From Bacilli bacterium (GTDB taxonomy: Bacteria; Bacillota_I; Bacilli_A; RFN20; CAG-826), in assembly GCA_045597865.1 (NCBI GenBank), contig JAZLKX010000025.1, forward strand, positions 256,001-320,000: DNA of 64,000 bases, in the 5' to 3' direction. This document shows, in pieces, positions 18,991 through 28,507 of this stretch (position 1 is the stretch's first letter; every line of letters begins with the position of its first letter). Made by a program: the position numbers and the translations under genes. The notes below the pieces were generated by a model that was given only the letters and a program-made list of their open reading frames with translations, was not told the DNA's origin and did not search any database.

Positions 18991-21192
18991 ATGGAAGAAA
19001 ATAAGTCAACTTCACAAAATAAACTTCATACCTTTGATGAACTCAAAGAGCTTTTTTATGTATACATAACTGATAAAAATGCTAGAGAAAAAATTGAAGA
19101 AGCTTATCATTTTGCAGAAGAAGCACACAAAGGACAATTTAGAAAATCTGGTGAACCTTACATTCATCATCTTATTGAAGTTGCTTATATTCTTGCTGAA
19201 ATTCAAACTGGGCCATCAACAATTATTTCAGGACTTCTTCATGATACAGTTGAAGATACAAATGTTTCCTTAGACGTTATTAAAGATAAATTCGGCGAAG
19301 ACGTTATGAATATTGTTGATTCTTTAACCAAAATCCAACGTTTAAAACTTTCTCATAGAAGTGAAGATGACTTTGTCGCTGAAGATCATCGTAAGATTTT
19401 CCTCGGCATGGCAAAAGATGTCCGTGTTATTTTAATTAAACTCGCGGATAGACTCCATAACATGAGAACATTAGATTCTTTATCTCCAGAAAGACAAAAA
19501 GTTCTTTCTAGAGAAACTCTAGAAGTCTTTGCACCAATCGCACATCGTCTTGGTATGAATACAGTTAAATCTGAACTTGAAGACTTGTGTCTTAAGTACC
19601 TAGAACCTGAAAAATACGAAGAAATTATTAAACTTGTTGAAGGCAAAATTAAAAATGGCCAAAAATCTCTTGATCAAATGGCCAAAAAGATTGCAGATGA
19701 CTTATTTGAAAAGAAGATTACCTTCCAAATGGAATCTAGAGTTAAATCAATTTATTCTATTTATAGAAAGATTTACGAAAAAGGTCGTAAATTCGAAGAA
19801 ATCTTTGATATTTTAGCTTTGCGTATTATTACTGAAACAGAACTTAACTGTTACGAAATTTTAGGTATTATTCACTCAACATATAAACCAGTTTTAGGTA
19901 GATTTAAAGATTACATTGCAATGCCAAAACCAAACATGTATCAGTCTTTACATACATGTATTCTTTCTGGCGACGGTAACACATTTGAAGTTCAAATTAG
20001 AACTAAACAAATGGATGAAATCGCTGAAGCAGGTGTTGCAGCTCACTGGGCTTATAAAGAAGGAACAAACTACAATCCTAAGAAAGAGCAACAAGAAATT
20101 GAGGAGCAATTGCATTGGCTTCGTGACTTTGTCAATATGTCAGAAGACAATCAAAATGCTAAAGAATACGTTGAGGCTCTTTCCCATGATATTTTCCAAG
20201 CAAACGTTTACGTTTTTACCCCAGCAGGTAAGGTTATCGAACTTCCAACTGGAGCAACCCCTATAGATTTTATCTATAAGATTCATACAGGGCTTGCTGA
20301 AAAGGCTGTTGGAGCAATCGTTAACAATGTTATGGTTCCACTTAATACCGAGCTTAAAACAGGCGATATTTGTGAAATTAAAACAAACGATAAATCTTCA
20401 GGACCAAATGAAGGTTGGCTTAATATTGCAACAACTAGCTTTGCTAAATCACACATTCGTAAATTCTTAGCAAAGAAAAATGCTGAATTTTTAAAACAAG
20501 ACAAAATTCAAAAAGGCAAAGAAACAATTATCGAAGCATTTAAACAAGTTGGAGTTGGAGAAAGTGATGCCCAAAAATATGTTGATAAAGCTGATGTTTG
20601 GGAACACTTTAATTGTTCAAGTTTAGATGATTTTTATATTGCAATTGTTGCAAAAAATCCTACAGCTGGAGCAGTCATTGATTACCTTAATTTAAAGAAA
20701 CCAGAAGACGCTGTTAAGTTAGGTAAAGTTCGCAAAAATGATGATGATGGATCACCTGTTTATGTTGCAAATGCAGGGGACATCGCAATTACTTTAGGAA
20801 ACTGTTGTACCCCAATCCCAGGAGACCCAATTATCGGTTATATTACCAAAGGTAAAGGTATTACAGTTCATAGAAAAGATTGTCCAAATATTATTAACGA
20901 AAAACGCCGTTTAATCGAAGTTTTTTGGAAAGAAAATCTTAAAGCTTCAACCTATCCAGTTGATTTAAAAATTGAATGTTATGAACGTGCAAATTTAGTC
21001 GTAGATATCATGGCAGTTTTATCACAAAAGAAGATTACAATTACTTCTCTTAATGCTGTCTTGCATGCACAACAAAACACATCAACCATTTCTGTGACAA
21101 TTTATGTTCAAAATGCTAACGTTTTACAAGACATTATTAATAACCTTTTAAACGTTAAAAATGTCTACGAAGTTACAAGAGCAACTCACTAA
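18991..21192 (+). CDS. relA: bifunctional (p)ppGpp synthetase/hydrolase Rel
   Basis: RKSGEPY, LHDTVED, KPNMYQSLH; TGS and ACT domains. Confidence 0.97.
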   Translation: MEENKSTSQNKLHTFDELKELFYVYITDKNAREKIEEAYHFAEEAHKGQFRKSGEPYIHHLIEVAYILAEIQTGPSTIISGLLHDTVEDTNVSLDVIKDKFGEDVMNIVDSLTKIQRLKLSHRSEDDFVAEDHRKIFLGMAKDVRVILIKLADRLHNMRTLDSLSPERQKVLSRETLEVFAPIAHRLGMNTVKSELEDLCLKYLEPEKYEEIIKLVEGKIKNGQKSLDQMAKKIADDLFEKKITFQMESRVKSIYSIYRKIYEKGRKFEEIFDILALRIITETELNCYEILGIIHSTYKPVLGRFKDYIAMPKPNMYQSLHTCILSGDGNTFEVQIRTKQMDEIAEAGVAAHWAYKEGTNYNPKKEQQEIEEQLHWLRDFVNMSEDNQNAKEYVEALSHDIFQANVYVFTPAGKVIELPTGATPIDFIYKIHTGLAEKAVGAIVNNVMVPLNTELKTGDICEIKTNDKSSGPNEGWLNIATTSFAKSHIRKFLAKKNAEFLKQDKIQKGKETIIEAFKQVGVGESDAQKYVDKADVWEHFNCSSLDDFYIAIVAKNPTAGAVIDYLNLKKPEDAVKLGKVRKNDDDGSPVYVANAGDIAITLGNCCTPIPGDPIIGYITKGKGITVHRKDCPNIINEKRRLIEVFWKENLKASTYPVDLKIECYERANLVVDIMAVLSQKKITITSLNAVLHAQQNTSTISVTIYVQNANVLQDIINNLLNVKNVYEVTRATH

Positions 21193-21286
21193 TTTTATAT
21201 AACTTTATAACTCCTTCTAATAATGTGTTGAACTTATAGTTAATATAAACTATAATATTCTCGATTAATAGAGGAGTTTTTTATTT

Positions 21287-22600
21287 ATGGAAATTAACCC
21301 AGTTAAAGGAACACACGATATAATCGGAGACGAAGCAGAGCTCTATAGGGAAATCGAACAAAGATGCGTTTACATCGCTGATCTTTTTGCCTATAAAGAA
21401 ATTCGTACTCCTATTATCGAACACACACCTCTCTTCTTAAGAAGTGTTGGTGAATCCAGCGACATTGTCACTAAAGAAATGTATACATTTGATGACAAAG
21501 GCGGAAGAAGTTTAACCCTTCGTCCAGAAATGACAGCAGGAGCTATGCGAAGCATTGTTTCAAATAAACTTTACGCAAATGCTGACTTACCACTTAAGTA
21601 TTTCTATCTCGGCCCATGCTTTAGATACGAAAGACCACAAGCTGGTAGATATCGTCAATTCCATCAATTTGGTATTGAAGCAGTTGGCGCTCCAAGTTTC
21701 TATCAAGATGCTGAAGTTATTTCCATTGGTCATAGAATTTTATTAACCCTTGGATTAAAAAATGTAAAAGTATTAATTAACTCCCTTGGAGATGAAGAAT
21801 CTAGAGCCGCCTACAAAGTAGCTCTTAAAGAATATTTCTCAAAACACATCGACAAAATGTGTCCAGACTGCAAACGCAGACTAGAAATTAATCCACTTAG
21901 AATTCTTGATTGCAAAGTTCCAGAAGACATCGAAATTGTTAAAGGCGCTCCAAGAATGACTGATTATCTTACAGATTCAGCAAAAGATTACTTAAATAGA
22001 GTTATCCACGCTCTTGAATCCGTTGGAATCGAAGTTGAAATTGACACAAATCTTGTTAGAGGTCTCGACTATTATACGGGCGTTGTATTTGAATACCATG
22101 CAGTCCCTACCGAAGGTATGGCTGATGTTGGAGCCTTAGGTGGTGGCGGCCACTATGCAAATTTACTTGCAGAAGTTGGCGGTCCACAAATGGAAGGAAT
22201 TGGTCTTGCAATGGGAATTGAAAGACTTGCTTATGTTGTTTCACAAACTATCAAAGAAAATCCATTAAGCGGCCCAGATTTCTACCTTATGGGAATGAGT
22301 GATGAAATCATCGAAAAGAACTTTGCTTTAGCAGAATTACTTAGATCAACTGGTTTAGTCATTGATACAAATTATCAAGTTAAATCAATTTCATCCCTTA
22401 TTAAAGTCGCACTTCGCAAAAAAGCAAAATTTGCCATTATCATCGGTGAAGATGAAATGACCAAAAAAGAAGTCACAGTCAAAAATTTAATGTCCCAAGA
22501 ACAAACATTAGTTAAATTTGATGACTTAGAAACTGTCTTACATTCATTGTTAAATGAATACATATCAAAACTCGCCAAACTTGACGAAGAGGAGGAATAA
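21287..22600 (+). CDS. hisS: histidine--tRNA ligase
   Basis: LRPEMTA, FRYERPQAGRYRQF, LVRGLDYY. Confidence 0.98.
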   Translation: MEINPVKGTHDIIGDEAELYREIEQRCVYIADLFAYKEIRTPIIEHTPLFLRSVGESSDIVTKEMYTFDDKGGRSLTLRPEMTAGAMRSIVSNKLYANADLPLKYFYLGPCFRYERPQAGRYRQFHQFGIEAVGAPSFYQDAEVISIGHRILLTLGLKNVKVLINSLGDEESRAAYKVALKEYFSKHIDKMCPDCKRRLEINPLRILDCKVPEDIEIVKGAPRMTDYLTDSAKDYLNRVIHALESVGIEVEIDTNLVRGLDYYTGVVFEYHAVPTEGMADVGALGGGGHYANLLAEVGGPQMEGIGLAMGIERLAYVVSQTIKENPLSGPDFYLMGMSDEIIEKNFALAELLRSTGLVIDTNYQVKSISSLIKVALRKKAKFAIIIGEDEMTKKEVTVKNLMSQEQTLVKFDDLETVLHSLLNEYISKLAKLDEEEE

Positions 22601-22602
22601 AT

Positions 22603-24327
22603 ATGTTAAGAAGTTCATATAACACAGATTTAGGCCTTAAAGACGTCGGCAAAGAAGTCTTACTTGTAGGCTGGGTAGCCAAGAAAAGAAACCTTGGTTC
22701 CTTAGTTTTCATTGATCTTCGTGACAGAAGCGGAATTATCCAACTTACTGTAAACGAAGGCGTTGAAATTCCTGATATTCGTAATGAATACGTTATCCAA
22801 GCAAAAGGAAAAGTTAGCAAGAAAGAAGTTGCCAACAAAAATTTAAAAACTGGCGAAATTGAAGTTATTGTTAGCGAAATCAAAGTTCTTAGCAAAGCTA
22901 AAACTACCCCAATGATTATTGCTGATGAAACAGATGCTCTTGAAGATTTGCGTTTAAAATATCGTTATCTTGATTTACGTAGACCTTGCTTACAAGAAAA
23001 TCTTAAGAAGAGAGCAAAAATTGTCCATTGTGCTTATGAATACTTTGACGAAAATGGATTTATTGAAGTCGAAACCCCATGTTTAACTTTATCAACTCCA
23101 GAAGGTGCTCGTGACTACATTGTCCCATCAAGAATTACACATGGAGCATTTTATGCTCTTCCTCAATCTCCACAATTATTTAAACAACTTTTAATGATTG
23201 GTGGAATGGAAAGATATTATCAAATTGCTCGTTGTTTTAGAGATGAAGACTTAAGACAAGATAGACAACCTGAGTTTACTCAGATTGATATGGAAATGTC
23301 ATTCCTTGATCAAGATGAAATTCTTACAATAATGGAAGGTTTCTTAAAGAAAACATTTAAAGAAACAATTGGAGTGGACATTAAAACTCCACTTAGAAGA
23401 ATGGATTATGCTGAAGCTGTTGATGTTTACGGCTCAGATAAACCAGATACAAGATTTGGATTACATCTTATTGATGTAACTAATGTACTTAAAGCTACTG
23501 AATTTAACGGCTATAAAGATGCAGCATGTATCAAAGCTATGGTTTGCCCAGGTTGTGCCGCTGAAACAAGTAGAAAAGTTATTGACTCATTAACTCTCGA
23601 AGCCAAAAAATTTGGATTTGGAGGTATTGGTGTTTATAAAGTTATGGAAAGTGGTGTTGAATCATCTCTCCTTAAGTTTATGAATGAAGCCCAAGTCAAA
23701 GACTTAGTTAGCAAGACCGAAGCCAAAGTTGGTGATTTAATCTTAGTCTTAGCTGGTAAGCATGACTCAGTTTGCTTTGCAATGGGTGCTTTACGTAGCC
23801 AATACGCTCGTAAACTCGGTTACATTAAGCCAAATACTTATGACTTACTTTGGGTCGTTAATTTCCCATTATTTGAATATAGTGAAACTGAGGGACGTTA
23901 CAAAGCCTTACATCACCCATTCACAAGACCAACTCCAGAAACTGAAAAATACTTAGACACTGATCCAAGTAAAGTTCTTTCTGCAGCTTATGACATTGTC
24001 ATTAATGGTTACGAAGCTGGTGGTGGTTCACTTAGAATTTATGACCAAGATATGCAAAAGAAGATATTTAATATCTTAGGTTTCTCTGACGAAGACATTG
24101 TCCGTAAATTCGGTTACTTTGTTAAAGCCTTTGAATACGGCACACCTCCACATGGCGGAATTGCTTTCGGACTTGAAAGATTATCTATGATAATTTGTGG
24201 TACAGACAACATTCGTGATGTTATTGCATTCCCAAAAAATCTTAGAGCAGCATGTCCAATGAGCAATGCTCCTCAAGGAGTTGACCAAGATCAATTAAAA
24301 GATCTCGGCATCAAAATTGAAGAATAA
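22603..24327 (+). CDS. aspS: aspartate--tRNA ligase
   Basis: FIDLRDRSG, LPQSPQLFKQ, PPHGGIAFGLER. Confidence 0.98.
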   Translation: MLRSSYNTDLGLKDVGKEVLLVGWVAKKRNLGSLVFIDLRDRSGIIQLTVNEGVEIPDIRNEYVIQAKGKVSKKEVANKNLKTGEIEVIVSEIKVLSKAKTTPMIIADETDALEDLRLKYRYLDLRRPCLQENLKKRAKIVHCAYEYFDENGFIEVETPCLTLSTPEGARDYIVPSRITHGAFYALPQSPQLFKQLLMIGGMERYYQIARCFRDEDLRQDRQPEFTQIDMEMSFLDQDEILTIMEGFLKKTFKETIGVDIKTPLRRMDYAEAVDVYGSDKPDTRFGLHLIDVTNVLKATEFNGYKDAACIKAMVCPGCAAETSRKVIDSLTLEAKKFGFGGIGVYKVMESGVESSLLKFMNEAQVKDLVSKTEAKVGDLILVLAGKHDSVCFAMGALRSQYARKLGYIKPNTYDLLWVVNFPLFEYSETEGRYKALHHPFTRPTPETEKYLDTDPSKVLSAAYDIVINGYEAGGGSLRIYDQDMQKKIFNILGFSDEDIVRKFGYFVKAFEYGTPPHGGIAFGLERLSMIICGTDNIRDVIAFPKNLRAACPMSNAPQGVDQDQLKDLGIKIEE

Positions 24328-24354
24328 TTAATTTATTAATTAAGGAGAAAATAT

Positions 24355-26325
24355 ATGAATCAAAAAGAATTAGATAAACTTTCTGTTAGCGCAATCAGAT
24401 CGATGTGTATCGATGTTGTTAACAAAGCAAAAAGCGGACACCCAGGAATGGCTCTTGGCAGTGCACCAATTCTTTATACTTTGTTTACAAAACATTTAGT
24501 CGCTAACCCAAAAGATCCAATGTGGTTTAATAGAGACCGTTTTGTTCTCTCAGCAGGCCACGCAAGTTCTTTACTTTACACAATGCTCCACGTTTCAGGA
24601 TACAATGTATCCTTAGATGACCTCAAGAATTTCCGTCAACTCGGAAGTTTAACTCCAGGACATCCAGAATGGAAACATACTCAAGGCGTTGACGCAACAA
24701 GCGGACCTTTAGGTCAAGGCATTGCTCAAGCTGTCGGTATGGCCATGGCTGAACGTGCAGTTAAAGCACAATACCCACAAGGAAAAGCTGTTTGTGACCA
24801 TTATACTTATGTATTATGTGGTGATGGATGCCTTCACGAAGGTATTTCTCAAGAAGCAATCTCGCTCGCTGGACACCATAAGTTAAATAAACTTATTCTT
24901 TTCTATGATTCAAACGAAATTACACTCGATGGTGGTTTAGGTCTTAGCTTCTCTGAAAATGTTAAGATGAGATTTAAAGCCTCAGAATGGAATGTTTTAG
25001 AAGTAGCTGATGGAAATGACGTTGATGCAATCGATGCAGCTATTAGCAAAGCTAAAACAAGCAAATCTAAGCCAACATTAATCATTGTCCACACCATTAT
25101 TGGTTATGGCAGTGAAAAACAAGGCACTTGCAAAGTCCACGGAAGCCCACTCGGTGAAGAAGATGGTGCAAAGGCAAAAGCCTTCTATGGATACGATTAT
25201 CCAGCATTCACAATTCCTGATGAAGTTTATAAACACTTCCAAGACACATTTGCAAAACGTGGTGAAGAAGCTTATAAAGCTTACCAAGCAAACTTCAAAG
25301 CTTGGGAAGAGGGCCACGCTGGTGCTGCAAAGAAACTTCACAATGCTTTAAATGAAGATTTATCTTCATATTTCAAGAAAGAACCAGCATTTGCTGCTGA
25401 TAATAACGACTCATCAAGAGTTGCATCAGGCAAAGCTTTAAACGAAAACTACAACAAGATTCCATTTTTAATGGGTGGATCTGCTGACGTTGCTGGTTCA
25501 GTTATGACCAAGATTACTGATGGCGTCAATTTTGAGCCAAAATCACCAAAAGGTCGCAACGTTAACTGGGGCATTAGAGAATTTGCAATGGCAGCCGCTC
25601 AAAACGGTATGTTATTACATGGAGGTCTAAAGACCTACGTTGGTTGTTTCTGTGTCTTCGCAGACTACATGAAGCCAGCTATTAGAATGGCTGCACTTTC
25701 TAAACTTTCAGCAATTTATCTTTTCTCACATGACTCAATCGCAGTTGGTGAAGATGGTCCAACCCATCAACCAATTGAACAATTAGCTATGCTAAGAAGT
25801 ATTCCAAATTGCGATGTTATTCGTCCATGTGATGCACGTGAAACCTACGCTGCATGGGAAATTGCTTTAAGAAGCGTTGATCACCCAACAGCTTTAGTTT
25901 TATCAAGACAAAATCTTCCTTTACTTACTAGTAAGTATAAAGAAGTTTCAAAAGGTGCTTATGTCATTTCAAAAGAACATAAACACTTAGATGCAACTGT
26001 TGTTGCAACCGGCTCAGAAGTCTCTTTAGCAGTTGCTGCTCAAAAAGTTCTTCTCGAAGAAGGTATTGATGTTCGTGTTGTTTCAATGCCATCATGGTTT
26101 GCATTTGAAAAACAAGATGAACAATATAAATCTGATGTATTTGGCGTAAGTAAGGACAAAGTCTTTGCTGTTGAAATGCTTTCCAGCTTTGGATGGCATA
26201 AATACGCTGATCATATTATGAGCGTTGATTCATTTGGTACAAGCGCTCCAGCAAAAGAAGCAATCAAAGCTTTCCATTTCCTCCCAGAGGATGTGGTGGC
26301 ATTTGTTAAGAAAGGACTTGCCTAA
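24355..26325 (+). CDS. tkt: transketolase
   Basis: SGHPG, RDRFVLSAGH, GDG TPP motif, GEDGPTHQPIE. Confidence 0.98.
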   Translation: MNQKELDKLSVSAIRSMCIDVVNKAKSGHPGMALGSAPILYTLFTKHLVANPKDPMWFNRDRFVLSAGHASSLLYTMLHVSGYNVSLDDLKNFRQLGSLTPGHPEWKHTQGVDATSGPLGQGIAQAVGMAMAERAVKAQYPQGKAVCDHYTYVLCGDGCLHEGISQEAISLAGHHKLNKLILFYDSNEITLDGGLGLSFSENVKMRFKASEWNVLEVADGNDVDAIDAAISKAKTSKSKPTLIIVHTIIGYGSEKQGTCKVHGSPLGEEDGAKAKAFYGYDYPAFTIPDEVYKHFQDTFAKRGEEAYKAYQANFKAWEEGHAGAAKKLHNALNEDLSSYFKKEPAFAADNNDSSRVASGKALNENYNKIPFLMGGSADVAGSVMTKITDGVNFEPKSPKGRNVNWGIREFAMAAAQNGMLLHGGLKTYVGCFCVFADYMKPAIRMAALSKLSAIYLFSHDSIAVGEDGPTHQPIEQLAMLRSIPNCDVIRPCDARETYAAWEIALRSVDHPTALVLSRQNLPLLTSKYKEVSKGAYVISKEHKHLDATVVATGSEVSLAVAAQKVLLEEGIDVRVVSMPSWFAFEKQDEQYKSDVFGVSKDKVFAVEMLSSFGWHKYADHIMSVDSFGTSAPAKEAIKAFHFLPEDVVAFVKKGLA

Positions 26326-26327
26326 TA

Positions 26328-26654
26328 ATGGCAAACTACTTAAAAATTAACGAGCATACCACTAAAAGTGGTGAACTTGCCATTTCTGACAAGGTGTTTG
26401 AACGTATTGCAACTAATGCCGCAAATAAGGTGATGAAAAAGCATCCTGACGATGTCAGAATGCCTTCACCAGTCAAAGTCTCCTTCAAAGGAGAAAACCA
26501 AGTCACAATTAAAGTGAGCATTTCTATCAGAAAGGGCGTTAAACTCTCAAGTATTTCTTATGAAATACAAACAGAAATCGCTCGTGCCTTGGAAGTTTAT
26601 GTTGAATCAGTACCATTCGACATTGACGTGTCAATTGTAGAGTTTAAAAAATAA
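26328..26654 (+). CDS. Asp23/Gls24 family (YqhY-like) protein
   Basis: GELAISDKVFERIA pattern; position upstream of nusB. Confidence 0.7.
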   Translation: MANYLKINEHTTKSGELAISDKVFERIATNAANKVMKKHPDDVRMPSPVKVSFKGENQVTIKVSISIRKGVKLSSISYEIQTEIARALEVYVESVPFDIDVSIVEFKK

Positions 26655-26656
26655 TT

Positions 26657-27067
26657 ATGGAAGCCGTTTTTCTAAGTCGTAACAAAGAACATGAACTTGC
26701 TATGATAAGCATCTATGATGCTTTGACTTATTCAGCAATGAATGAAGAATTTTCTCTTGAGGATATCATGGCAAATGTTTTTGATATGCCTTACGAAGAA
26801 ATTCCTTTATTCTCAAAAACCTTAATTATTAAAACTCTCGCTCACATTAATGAAATTAAACCTATTTTCCAAGAGAAGATGCCAAAATGGAATTTTGATA
26901 GATTAAATCTATTAGAACAAGCAATCTTACTCATGAGTTACACTCATGCTAAAGAGGAAAAAGGCGATAAGCATGTCATTATTGATGTAGCAATTCGTTT
27001 AGCGAAAAAGTATCTAGACAAAGACGATTACAAGTTCGTAAACGCAGTATTGGATAACATTCTATGA
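26657..27067 (+). CDS. nusB: transcription antitermination factor NusB
   Basis: WNFDRL, AIRLAKKY, KFVNAVLD. Confidence 0.92.
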   Translation: MEAVFLSRNKEHELAMISIYDALTYSAMNEEFSLEDIMANVFDMPYEEIPLFSKTLIIKTLAHINEIKPIFQEKMPKWNFDRLNLLEQAILLMSYTHAKEEKGDKHVIIDVAIRLAKKYLDKDDYKFVNAVLDNIL

Positions 27068-28269
27068 TGGAGAAAGATCTATTTTCTGTAAGTTCATTAA
27101 ATAGGTACATCAAACAATTGTTTGATAGAGATTTTACTTTAAAAGGTCTACGCCTTAAAGGCGAAATCTCAAACTTCAAACGTTATCCAAGCGGACACAT
27201 TTATTTCACACTTAAGGATGAAGAATCATCCATTAAGGCTGTAATGTTCTATGAATATACAAAATTCATACCAAACACCATCAAAGATGGTGATGAAGTA
27301 ATCATTACAGGATACGTATCTGTTTACCCAGCTAGAGGCGAGTATCAGGTATACGCGCAAGCAATGGAACTCTTTGGAGAAGGGGCTCAGCTCTTAGAGT
27401 TAGAACTTCTTAAGAAGAAACTTGCTGCAGAAGGATTATTTGATGCCTCTAGGAAAAGAAAGATAAATATCTTTCCAAAAGCAATAGGGGTCATAAGCGC
27501 ACCTGGAAGCGCGGCTCTTGCGGATATTAAAACTAACCTTCTTAGAAGAAATCCGCTAATAGAGGTCAAAATATTCCCGTCCCTTGTCCAAGGTGCTGAC
27601 GCCCCAAAAGAGCTCTTAAAAGCGCTAAAAAAGGCCAAAGAAGAGCAAATTGACACTCTCATCATCGGTCGAGGTGGCGGTGCAAGTGAAGATCTCTCTG
27701 CATTTAACGATGAAACTCTAGTAAGAGAAGCTGCCAACTTCCCAGTGCCGATTATATCGGCAGTAGGACACGAGATAGATTTCACACTTATCGATTACGT
27801 TGCGGATGCGCGTGCGTCAACACCAACAGGTGCAGCCGAGCTTGCAACAATAGACAAACGTGAGATCTATGAACTACTTGCTAACAAACAAGTGGAACTA
27901 GATGAGATAATTACTGATAAAATCAGTAACTATAGACATAAACTTGATTTATTGAAGATTAATTCATTCTTCGAAAATCCAAAAGTTATGTACGAGAACA
28001 CCTTGGTAGAAGTTGAAAACACCAAGAAGAGATTAGATGCCTACATGGCCCATCTCCTAGAGATGAAGGAAGAAAAAGTTCATTCATTATCCAAACAACT
28101 TCATTCAATTTCTGTAGATGCAACCCTACAAAGAGGATTCGCTATCATGGAAAATGAACAAGGAAAGATCGTAAAAGACATTAAAGACGTTGAAATTAAC
28201 CAAATGGTTAAAACAAGATTAAAAGGCGGTACAGTGTCCGCTAAAGTAGTAAGCAAGGAGGCTAACTAA
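27064..28269 (+). CDS. xseA: exodeoxyribonuclease VII large subunit
   Basis: GEISNFK..SGHIYFTLKD, RGGG, SAVGHEID. Confidence 0.97.
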   Translation: MMEKDLFSVSSLNRYIKQLFDRDFTLKGLRLKGEISNFKRYPSGHIYFTLKDEESSIKAVMFYEYTKFIPNTIKDGDEVIITGYVSVYPARGEYQVYAQAMELFGEGAQLLELELLKKKLAAEGLFDASRKRKINIFPKAIGVISAPGSAALADIKTNLLRRNPLIEVKIFPSLVQGADAPKELLKALKKAKEEQIDTLIIGRGGGASEDLSAFNDETLVREAANFPVPIISAVGHEIDFTLIDYVADARASTPTGAAELATIDKREIYELLANKQVELDEIITDKISNYRHKLDLLKINSFFENPKVMYENTLVEVENTKKRLDAYMAHLLEMKEEKVHSLSKQLHSISVDATLQRGFAIMENEQGKIVKDIKDVEINQMVKTRLKGGTVSAKVVSKEAN

Positions 28270-28270
28270 A

Positions 28271-28459
28271 ATGGCAGAAGAAAAAATTGACTTTGAAAAG
28301 TCTCTAAAGAGACTTGAAGAAATCGTTTCTAAAGTTGAATCAGAAACACTCGCTTTAGAAGAATCTTTAAAGCTTTATGAAGAAGGTAAGAAGCTTATTG
28401 CTTCTTTAGAAAAAACTCTCAAAGAAGCTGAAAGAAAAGTAGAGGAATTACAAAAGTAA
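28271..28459 (+). CDS. xseB: exodeoxyribonuclease VII small subunit
   Basis: FEKSLKRLEEIV...LEESLKLYEEG. Confidence 0.95.
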   Translation: MAEEKIDFEKSLKRLEEIVSKVESETLALEESLKLYEEGKKLIASLEKTLKEAERKVEELQK

Positions 28460-28477
28460 CAAAGTTAATAATTCTAT

Positions 28478-28500
28478 TTTAGTATTAAATTAGTAGTTTT
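28478..28500 (+). repeat. degenerate copy (19/23) of the TTTAGTAGATATTTAGTAGTTTT motif
   Basis: tttagtattaaattagtagtttt. Confidence 0.45.
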
Positions 28501-28507
28501 ATAGTAT

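Noticed and set aside
26657-27067. UGA-to-Trp code (Mollicutes-like)
   Set aside because: Conserved Trp residues use TGG, genes are full length under code 11, and nusB ends at TGA at its normal length.
27064-28269. AGG-to-Met recoding, reported for some uncultured Bacilli
   Set aside because: AGG occupies conserved Arg positions (XseA LNRYIK and FDASRK; RadC EFHHRL), so AGG reads as Arg.
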